A DNA stretch of 64,000 bases, taken from Bacteroidota bacterium. Lineage in GTDB: Bacteria > Bacteroidota > Ignavibacteria > SZUA-365. The DNA is taken from the NCBI GenBank assembly GCA_035362335.1, contig DAOSDL010000004.1, positions 114,759 to 178,758 on the forward strand, given 5' to 3'. The first letter of the stretch is position 1, and every line of letters begins with the position of its first letter. The position numbers and the translations under genes are program-made. Positions 57,437 through 64,000 of this stretch are shown one piece after another. The notes under the pieces are model-generated. The model was given only the letters and a program-made list of their open reading frames with translations, had not been told where the DNA came from and did not search any database.

Positions 57437-59386
57437 ATGAACCACGTTCGCGTCCGCTTCGCCGTGTTTGCCATTTTCGTGATAACCCTCGTCCTTCCCG
57501 TCATCGGCCACGGCCAGGCCGGGCCTTCTTCCACCTACGAGCGCGGACTGTTCCATCTCTGTCGCGTGTGGGGATTGGCCAAATACTACCATCCCACCGT
57601 GGCGGCCGGGCATGCCAATTGGGACCTCACACTCCTCAACACCGTACCGAAGCTGCAACAGGCAGCCAACGACGACGAGATACGCGCCGTATTGTTGGAA
57701 ATGCTGAATGTGCTGGGCGATGCGCCCGATCCGGGCGGTGCCCCGGAGCAGTTCACCGCCGAGGAGCGGCAGCTGTACGATGTATCCTGGATCGATGACC
57801 CGTGGTACAGCGGGACGCTGGGCGAGTATCTGCGACATCTCCGCGACCGAGCCCGCATTCGCGACCATGTGCAGGTGTTCGCTGAACCGGGAACCGGCAA
57901 GCCAGTGTTCGACGCGGACACACGTTTCAACGATGAAGCCGAGTTCTATCCTCCCGAGGATGCGCGCGTCCTCGCCTTCTGCCGTTTCTGGAATGCGATC
58001 GAGTATTTCTATCCCTATCGCGACATTCTCGATAAAGACTGGCACGACGTACTCGCCGAGCGTATCGGCGAATGGGCGGCCGCTCCCGACACGCTCGCCT
58101 ATCACTGCGCCGCATTGCGCACCGCGGTGGAGTTGTGCGACGCGCATGTGTCCGTGAACACCAGCATCATCGCCGGCTTCCTCGGAGCAGGCTACGCTCC
58201 GTTCACCGCCATGACCATCGATGGCAGAACAGTCATCAACCGCAGCATGCACCCCGAAATTCAACCGGGCGAATTCCTCGTCTCACTCGACGATGTGCCA
58301 TTCGAACAGCGGATGGAGTACATTCGTCCCTACTGCAACAAACCGAATCCCAACTCCCTGGATCTGAGCATCATGACGCGTGCTCTGCGCGGCCCGCTCG
58401 GTTACGCCACGGCGAACATCGAGGATGCCCAGGGCAATGTGCGTACGGTAACCTTCGAGCGTACAGCGGAGAATGCCGTCGTTTGGAATATTCCCCGGCG
58501 TTCAGCCGTCATCGACACGGTGCTCATGAGTGGAGCGCGCTACGGCTATGTGGATATGGCCCGTCTCGAACGATCCCAGACCTACGATGTCATGGAGGCG
58601 CTCAGGGAAACGGATGCCATCATCTTCGATCTTCGTGGTTACCCCAAGGGTACGATCGTGGATCTGGTGAAACTCCTCATGCCCGCGCCACAGCCCATCG
58701 CGCGTTTCAGCTCGGCCAATCCGTATTTCGCCGGCATGCTGAACTGGATGACCACCGTTTTCGGTGGTGGTGGACCGTGGACGTACGAAGGTAAAATCAT
58801 TGTGCTCATCGACGAGGTGGCAATCAGCCACGCCGAATACACGGCCATGTTTTTCAAGGCCATTCCCCGCGCCGTGTTCATTGGCTCGCAGACACGCGGT
58901 TCCGACGGCAATGTGACGCGCATCTATCTACCCGGCGGATTGGATATTCTCTTCACCGGACTCGGGGTGTTCTATCCCGATGGCAGTCCCACGCAGCGCG
59001 TGGGCATACAGCCCGACATCCCTGTGCGTCCCAGCATCGCGGGGCTGCGTGCCGGGCGCGACGAAGTGTTCGACGCGGCCTTCGATCCCCTGCTACTCGC
59101 CGACGACGCCGTGGCCGTACCCGGAGTCACGGGCATGGCGCTGTATCCGAGCCACGGTCGCGGCGATGTGCAATGCGCGCTACACGGGCTCGCGCGAGGC
59201 GACTACCGTCTCGACGTGTACGATGCGTTGGGCCGCCTGCTGCATAGCGACCGGTTGAGCTTGGCCGGCGACGCGCAGCTGCGCATTCCCGCCACAGCCT
59301 TTGGCAAAGGAATGTTCTTCGTCCGTCTGCATTCCATGGACGCGCCGAGCACACCCGCGCTGCACGGCCGTTTCCTGCGCTGGTAA
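57437..59386 (+). CDS. S41-family serine peptidase with T9SS C-terminal sorting domain
   Basis: Trimmed to the ATG at 57437. Signal peptide MNHVRVRFAVFAIFVITLVLPVIGHGQA. The S41 core DLRGYPKGT...IVLIDEVAISHAEYTAMFFKAIPRAVFIGSQTRGSDGNV...VGIQPDIPV is colinear with CtpA/Tsp ...GSASASE...GxxTFGKG...GIxPDI. The C-terminus ...MALYPSHGRGDVQCALHGLARGDYRLDVYDALGRLLHS...GMFFVRLHS fits the Por tail. Confidence 0.8.
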   Translation: MNHVRVRFAVFAIFVITLVLPVIGHGQAGPSSTYERGLFHLCRVWGLAKYYHPTVAAGHANWDLTLLNTVPKLQQAANDDEIRAVLLEMLNVLGDAPDPGGAPEQFTAEERQLYDVSWIDDPWYSGTLGEYLRHLRDRARIRDHVQVFAEPGTGKPVFDADTRFNDEAEFYPPEDARVLAFCRFWNAIEYFYPYRDILDKDWHDVLAERIGEWAAAPDTLAYHCAALRTAVELCDAHVSVNTSIIAGFLGAGYAPFTAMTIDGRTVINRSMHPEIQPGEFLVSLDDVPFEQRMEYIRPYCNKPNPNSLDLSIMTRALRGPLGYATANIEDAQGNVRTVTFERTAENAVVWNIPRRSAVIDTVLMSGARYGYVDMARLERSQTYDVMEALRETDAIIFDLRGYPKGTIVDLVKLLMPAPQPIARFSSANPYFAGMLNWMTTVFGGGGPWTYEGKIIVLIDEVAISHAEYTAMFFKAIPRAVFIGSQTRGSDGNVTRIYLPGGLDILFTGLGVFYPDGSPTQRVGIQPDIPVRPSIAGLRAGRDEVFDAAFDPLLLADDAVAVPGVTGMALYPSHGRGDVQCALHGLARGDYRLDVYDALGRLLHSDRLSLAGDAQLRIPATAFGKGMFFVRLHSMDAPSTPALHGRFLRW

Positions 59387-59397
59387 ATCCACGGTAT

Positions 59398-59426
59398 CCG
59401 GGGAACGCGCGGTCTGCGTTCCCCGG
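59398..59426 (+). terminator. Strong hairpin after the S41 gene (terminator-like, weak T-tract)
   Basis: CCGGGGAACGC-GCGGTCT-GCGTTCCCCGG, an 11-bp perfect stem, followed by ATATCATTT. Confidence 0.55.
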
Positions 59427-59446
59427 ATATCATTTGCTCCGAGGTT

Positions 59447-59523
59447 CTCCTCCCCTTTCCGCCCTCCCCTCCCTTTCCGCCCTCCCCTCCCTTTCCGCCC
59501 TCCCCTCCCTTTCCGACCCTCCG
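59447..59523. repeat. 18-bp tandem repeat CCCTCCCCTCCCTTTCCG, three perfect copies plus degenerate flanks; G-quadruplex-prone on the minus strand
   Basis: Perfect copies at 59462-59479, 59480-59497 and 59498-59515. Partial copies at 59447-59461 and 59516-59523. Confidence 0.85.
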
Positions 59524-59555
59524 CGACTGTAGTCAACGCAACCGCTACGCCGCTC

Positions 59556-59584
59556 TTGACAATCTCGCGCAATCCGGATACATT
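59556..59584 (+). promoter_or_regulatory. Sigma70-type promoter candidate (TTGACA-17 nt-TACATT)
   Basis: Consensus -35 at 59556-59561, an exact 17-nt spacer and the -10-like TACATT at 59579-59584. This is about 135 nt upstream of the 59720 ATG. Confidence 0.4.
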
Positions 59585-59719
59585 GCATCCGTTATTTCCT
59601 TCATACACTTGCTTCCCTGCACGCGGTTTGTGCGCCATGTCCCGCATGGGCACGGGGGATTACTGTGGAACAATCATTCCGCGTTCTCGCGGAACATTCA
59701 CCACCTACAGGAGAGACAG

Positions 59720-60457
59720 ATGAAACGCATGCACATACACGTAATGTTGTTCCTTGCCATGGTTCTGGCGGGCACCGGCGCGTTGTTCGCGCAGGGTGCG
59801 GTGATCAAGGACAATCACATGAAGTACAACGGAAAGACATACTTCCGTGCTGGTTCGGAGGACGTTCAGATCGGATCCTACGGCGAGAAGAAAACCCCGC
59901 TCACGAAGTCGAACTATCTCGAGGTACAGGATCGCATTCCGACGCCGAAGCTCAAGATCCGTGAGGCGTTGATCGTCGACATCGATTTTAAGCAGAGCAC
60001 GAAAACCGACATCGAGGCGAACATCAACAAGAGCGTCGTGTTCAAGGGCTCGGTGAGCACGGCCTACGAGGATCTGCGGAACGACAAGCTGAAGCTCGTG
60101 AAACTCGTCATCGAGAACGAGGACATCAAGGACGCCATCAATTCCTCCCCAAAGGTGATCGAGGACCTGAAAGTGTACGGCAATGACTCGCGTGTGTGCC
60201 ACCAGGTGTTCATCGTGCTTGAGGCCTCGCTGGCGAGGACAGTAACGACTTCGACGAAATTCGACGTAAGCGGCACGGATGGCAGCCTCAAGATTTCCGT
60301 GTCCGGTGGCACGAGCAAGAGCACAACGGCCGAGATCACACTCAGTGCAGGCTCCACCTTCGCTTATGGCATCGTGAAGCTCGACTGGGATGCCAACCAG
60401 AAGAAGAACTGGAAGAAGGTCGTCAAGGCCACCGACGACCAGTGGTCGCTGAACTGA
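59720..60457 (+). CDS. Secreted 246-aa beta-rich protein; candidate gasdermin-like / beta-pore-forming domain (hypothesis)
   Basis: Trimmed to the ATG at 59720, preceded by AGGAGAG. Signal peptide MKRMHIHVMLFLAMVLAGTGALFA/QG. The Ser/Thr/Gly-rich amphipathic hairpin region is TVTTSTKFDVSGTDGSLKISVSGGTSKSTTAEITLSAGSTFAYGIVKLDWD. By-eye colinearity with the gasdermin N-domain is described in the findings. Confidence 0.45.
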   Translation: MKRMHIHVMLFLAMVLAGTGALFAQGAVIKDNHMKYNGKTYFRAGSEDVQIGSYGEKKTPLTKSNYLEVQDRIPTPKLKIREALIVDIDFKQSTKTDIEANINKSVVFKGSVSTAYEDLRNDKLKLVKLVIENEDIKDAINSSPKVIEDLKVYGNDSRVCHQVFIVLEASLARTVTTSTKFDVSGTDGSLKISVSGGTSKSTTAEITLSAGSTFAYGIVKLDWDANQKKNWKKVVKATDDQWSLN

Positions 60458-60532
60458 GGCGGCAGAGCCAGCCGATACTTTTCAACCAATGGATCCTGAT
60501 CGGCCGACAGGCAGCGCAAACCGAGACCTTCC

Positions 60533-60572
60533 GGGGCGCGGGCGCATCACAGCGCCGCGCCCCGCGCGTTTT
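60533..60572 (+). terminator. Rho-independent terminator
   Basis: GGGGCGCGGGCGC-6 nt-GCGCCGCGCCCC followed by GCGCGTTTT. Confidence 0.65.
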
Positions 60573-60774
60573 CCGACCCGGGGACACATGCGCACACAGC
60601 GCGGCATTGAAGCCGTCATCGCGGACAACCCCGCAGGCAAACGCCGCGCGAACAACGCTCAGGGGCCGGCCCGTGTCTGCGATACCAAAGCGCCACGACG
60701 CTACTGTGCCGCTCGAAAACTGCGGCACGCGTTTTAACGCATGGAAGTTCGCGTTGATTTTCTTGCAGGAGAAG

Positions 60775-60848
60775 CGCCCCCGGGGTGACTCGAACACCCG
60801 ACCTGCGGTTTAGGAAACCGTCGCTCTATCCTACTGAGCTACGGGGGC
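60775..60848 (-). tRNA. tRNA-Arg (anticodon CCU)
   Basis: Folded by hand. Acceptor stem GCCCCCG/CGGGGGC, D arm GCTC-AGTAGGATA-GAGC, anticodon arm ACGGT-TTCCTAA-ACCGC, T arm GGGTG-TTCGAGT-CACCC, discriminator G. No encoded CCA. Confidence 0.9.
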
Positions 60849-61223
60849 GAAGCATGGTAAAATACGAGAAGCGCGAGTGAGGAGCAATCCGGAACGGATG
60901 CCCCGAAGCGCTGACATGCCACGAAACAAACGCGTAATCCTGAGCCGCTGAACGATCAGTCAAGAAATCACGCAGCGGGTGAAACGGATTGCCTCCGTCA
61001 AGCATGAAGCGCGTACCATACCGCAAGCGGAGGAGGAAGGTGTTGGTATCGTTCGGTTATCGATGCGGACTTCTTGTTGCGGACTCGGAAGAATCGGGCA
61101 GAGGTCCATGGGGTGTCGTCATGTCGGGTAGTGGTAATGCCGCGAATGATTCACAGGCTGCTGACGAAATCAAGTCAGAGACCCGTCGGCGCTGCGGACT
61201 ACTGCGAATGGGTATGTGGCGAT

Positions 61224-61682
61224 TCACCCGGTATGCACTTCGATATCGAAGTGCATGACATCTTCACGCGTACCCAGCTTGGTATACAACGCGATCGCCG
61301 GCTCATCGCCGTAGTCCGCCTGCACAAAGATCACTGAAGCGGATCGCCGCCGAGCTTCACATCTCAACGTATTGATCATGGCCGTGGAAATACCCTGACG
61401 GCGATGTGATGCTTCCACAGCGAGATCGTAGATGTAAATCTCGCTCACCGCTTGTTCAAACTTGCGCAGCTCATATGCGGCGAGGGCTCCGACAACGCTG
61501 CTGCCAGACACTGCCGCGACAGCAATGAACGTGTCACTGGCAAGTAGTCTTTCATGGTATTCACGATCCGGCTGCTTTCCGCAGTATCGATCACTGTCTT
61601 CGAAAGCTCGCCCGAACACCGCAAGCATCGCACGAAGAGTGTCGACGTCGTCTCCACACAGGATTTTACAGGATACTTCCAA
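61224..61682 (-). CDS. GNAT acetyltransferase of the AAC(3)-I (aminoglycoside 3-N-acetyltransferase) family
   Basis: 152 aa. ...[38 protein letters not shown]...[48 protein letters not shown]...[31 protein letters not shown] is colinear with AAC(3)-Ia as I remember it (...[31 protein letters not shown]...[31 protein letters not shown]...). Confidence 0.8.
   Translation of the reverse strand: [152 protein letters not shown]
61233..61256. repeat. Perfect 24-bp palindrome ATGCACTTCGAT|ATCGAAGTGCAT inside the last codons of the AAC(3)-like gene
   Basis: Read directly from the sequence. It encodes ...MHFDIEVH, followed by TG-stop. Confidence 0.9.
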
Positions 61683-61859
61683 GTTGCCTCCGGAGCCGCT
61701 CGACGGTCGGATGCAGCAGCTCGCCGAAGTGAATCGGAGGCGAAGCGGCTACGGGCGCTGTAGGGCGGCGAATGAACGGTGATGAATGTGGGAAATCGTT
61801 ATTCTCAATATTCTGGCTGCGTTGCGTAATTATGTCAGGTTGGGTACACCTTCCTGGCT

Positions 61860-62360
61860 TCAGGTATGCGCGCCATTCTGTTTTCCAGGCAGCAATCGGC
61901 TTGCGATAAAGGAGGCCATGCCAAGCAATAACAGTGCGAGTGGTGAATATACCAAGGAAACGAGCACAACTTGAACAATGCATTGCGCTACATCATTATT
62001 GCCATCTCCATTATCTTGACCGACACATAACGGAGTCAGGCTGAGTATTGCCAAGGTCAATAGCGAGATAAGCCAGGATAATCCCAATCCAAGAAATAGG
62101 TAAAAAACGATCCGTCCGCGTGACACGTCGCTCGCAAACCGGTACGAGATATATGTCCCTGAAATGAAACTCGATGCAAGAAAGACAAGCCCCATCATAC
62201 AGTACATCGGGAAATAGTATTCACGTCTCGCGGCGAGTACGAAAAAGGATAAAAACAACAGCGCGGGTAACGTGACAATGCAGCCTGTCACCATGGCCGC
62301 TGGCAGAGACTGCGCAGTTCCATGTCGCGAGCCATTGTCGATTCCGTTTGAAAAGGTCAT
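61860..62360 (-). CDS. Hypothetical polytopic membrane protein (orphan, low G+C)
   Basis: 166 aa with 4-5 hydrophobic segments. Its G+C is visibly the lowest in the window. Confidence 0.5.
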   Translation of the reverse strand: MTFSNGIDNGSRHGTAQSLPAAMVTGCIVTLPALLFLSFFVLAARREYYFPMYCMMGLVFLASSFISGTYISYRFASDVSRGRIVFYLFLGLGLSWLISLLTLAILSLTPLCVGQDNGDGNNDVAQCIVQVVLVSLVYSPLALLLLGMASFIASRLLPGKQNGAHT

Positions 62361-62529
62361 GCGTTACCTCCAGTTTTCACTACCTCCGGTTTCCACACCA
62401 CAGCAGCTCTTAATCGCAGAAAGATTAGAATGCGAGCCGTGATCCGTCAATGCCACCGCGACTGTGTCGAATCGCTGAGTGGGGTAACACAGCGCTGTAC
62501 GCTACAACCGGTTCCTTTTTGGCGAACCG

Positions 62530-62829
62530 TCACTGGTTCAGAAGCACCGCGCATACATACAGCCCGACTCCGAAAACGACATGAGTCGCGAGGCTCTTGA
62601 GCCTGGCCTGCGCGGGCTTGGACGTCTTTGAAGAAGCGATGCCCAGACCTAAAGCGGGTTGCAGGACGAAGAGCGGGAATACCACTGTGGCGACGCCAAA
62701 GTTGTGAAGAAAACTCGCCCGGATGCACGTAAGGCCGGCGCCATGCGTACTGGATGCAAGAACGCGCAGGCAGCGGGGAAAAGGAAAAGTGATGGACGCA
62801 ATCACGGGATCACGTCCATCAGCAATCAA
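62530..62829 (-). CDS. Hypothetical small membrane protein (possibly truncated)
   Basis: 99 aa with two C-terminal TM segments (FGVATVVFPLFVLQPALGLGI, THVVFGVGLYVCAVLL). It starts 17 nt after the NmrA-like stop. The N-terminal third looks non-protein-like. Confidence 0.3.
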   Translation of the reverse strand: MIADGRDPVIASITFPFPRCLRVLASSTHGAGLTCIRASFLHNFGVATVVFPLFVLQPALGLGIASSKTSKPAQARLKSLATHVVFGVGLYVCAVLLNQ

Positions 62830-62845
62830 TGCACAGGTTACCTCC

Positions 62846-63796
62846 TCAGCCGAGAGGAATGCGATCCCTGTTCAACATCACCCATTCCTCGAAGGACTGC
62901 AGCGCGGGATTGAGTTTCCGAGCCTCCTGGATATTGCGTACTTCGCAAAAATAATCGTTGAAATCCCGCTTGAACTGGAACATGTTTCCGAGATCATCGG
63001 CACCGGGAAAACCGAAGCCGCGGAACACTGCGGGTTCGACCGCATTATAGCGTATCTCCTGACCGATCGCCATGCTGAGTCTACTGGCCATTTCCTCACC
63101 GGTGGGATGGTCGCCAGCGATCCCGACAGCTTTCCCGATCAGATCATTGCCGCGCTTGAAAACGCCATAAGCGCATCTACCGATGTCTTCGGCGGCGATA
63201 CCCGGTAGTTTGGCGTCACCCATGGGCATGGTAATACCCAGCACGCCATCCGGACCTTTCGTCGGATTCATGCCGAAATAGATAAGGTTTTCCCAGTAAA
63301 ACGATGTGAGCAGGAGGGTCGTCGGTACACCGCGGTCCAGGAACGCGGCATTCGCCTCGCCCTTGGCGTCGAAATGCGGCACCTTGTATTTCTCCATCAG
63401 CGTCGGCATGCTGTCGTCGCTCAACGGAAGCCACTTCCTCGTATCCTCGAGCGTGGACCAGATCACGTGCGACACCCCGGCTGCCTTCGCCGCTTCGGCC
63501 ATGTTCTGCGCCTGCGTGAGCTCTTTTTCCGGCGAGAAATGCTCCCAGAAATTTGTGACACAGTAAGCGCCGTACGCACCGTCGAAAGCCCGCTTCAGAC
63601 TGTCGACGTCATCGAGATCCGCTTCCACAACTTCCGCGCCCAGGGCTTTCAATGCCTGCGCTTTTTCCGAGGCGGCATTGCGCGTTATGGCCCGGGCGGT
63701 AAATGAGTTGTCTGTGTCGTTGAGAATGGCGCGGACCAGTCCCCCGCCCTGCGCACCGGTTGCGCCGGTGACGGCGATAATGTTTTGTATGGACAT
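62846..63796 (-). CDS. NmrA-family NAD(P)-binding protein
   Basis: Trimmed to the ATG at 63796. MSIQNIIAVTGATGAQGGGLVRAIL...AYCVTNFWEHF...HVIWSTLED...VPHFDAKGE is the NmrA/HSCARG-like pattern. Confidence 0.8.
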   Translation of the reverse strand: MSIQNIIAVTGATGAQGGGLVRAILNDTDNSFTARAITRNAASEKAQALKALGAEVVEADLDDVDSLKRAFDGAYGAYCVTNFWEHFSPEKELTQAQNMAEAAKAAGVSHVIWSTLEDTRKWLPLSDDSMPTLMEKYKVPHFDAKGEANAAFLDRGVPTTLLLTSFYWENLIYFGMNPTKGPDGVLGITMPMGDAKLPGIAAEDIGRCAYGVFKRGNDLIGKAVGIAGDHPTGEEMASRLSMAIGQEIRYNAVEPAVFRGFGFPGADDLGNMFQFKRDFNDYFCEVRNIQEARKLNPALQSFEEWVMLNRDRIPLG

Positions 63797-64000
63797 GATC
63801 ATTCCTTTCAGTTGAAGATGGAGTGTGGAATCGTATGGGATTGCGGCAGAACGTGTTGGACGCGACATGGTTCGCTGGCTCGGCTGCTCTGCGTGTCGGC
63901 AAGTCTCCCCCCATTCGGGGAATACAGTCGTCGCGTAACAATGGCGTAATAAGGAAATGCAACGAATTAACAACAGCGGCGTACAGCGCCGTGGTTCCCC

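Noticed and set aside
59180-59653. 157-aa minus-strand ORF containing GRKGRGG repeats
   Set aside because: The repeats are a translation artefact of the 18-bp tandem repeat. The ORF also overlaps the 3' end of the S41 gene and its hairpin.
59387-60774. Integrase-type genomic island at the 3' end of the tRNA-Arg, with a direct repeat of the tRNA end
   Set aside because: There is no integrase or recombinase ORF. I could not spot a duplicated copy of the tRNA 3' segment in the flanking few kb. Codon style of the 59720 gene (G/C-ending codons) looks native.
60849-61223. Integron attC (59-be) site or gene-cassette structure downstream of the AAC(3)-like gene
   Set aside because: AAC(3)-Ia is a classical integron cassette. 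However, I found no convincing RYYYAAC / GTTRRRY core pair or imperfect attC palindrome, and there is no intI gene in the window.

Overview
High-G+C chromosomal segment, judged by eye and not computed. It comes from a bacterium that uses type IX secretion (T9SS): three proteins carry T9SS C-terminal sorting domains, and there are PorD-like and PorQ/PorV-like genes. That suggests an FCB-group lineage (Bacteroidota, Rhodothermota or Ignavibacteriota-like), but the exact lineage cannot be determined from this window. Most of the window is core metabolism and envelope biogenesis. This includes a TetR-TolC-adaptor-RND efflux operon, pyruvate:ferredoxin oxidoreductase with a DHOD-like partner, L-serine dehydratase, asparaginase, isocitrate dehydrogenase, homogentisate dioxygenase, ProRS, ferritin and MntP. 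There is also an 11-gene co-directional envelope string (GT9, GT2, MsbA-like ABC, O-antigen ligase, BamA-family, holB, PSP1) and an SDR/acyl-CoA dehydrogenase/acyltransferase cluster. No CRISPR array, transposase, integrase, prophage or recognisable defence-system genes were seen. The most unusual locus is at 57.4-60.5 kb. There, a T9SS-exported S41 peptidase is followed by a signal-peptide-bearing 246-aa beta-rich protein whose C-terminal half resembles, by eye, the gasdermin pore-forming domain. This pair sits next to a tRNA-Arg(CCU). On the other side of the tRNA is a visibly lower-G+C islet with an AAC(3)-I-type aminoglycoside acetyltransferase homologue and orphan membrane proteins. Other second-look items are C-rich/G-quadruplex-type tandem repeats upstream of three plus-strand genes, a 666-bp gene-free region with phased AATCYGTG repeats, a translationally coupled Cys-rich mini-ORF ending an LPS-type operon, tandem FN3-lipoprotein paralogues and an orphan 1166-aa outer-membrane protein. 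Many long ORFs in the track are antisense shadows of real genes, as expected in high-G+C DNA, and were rejected.
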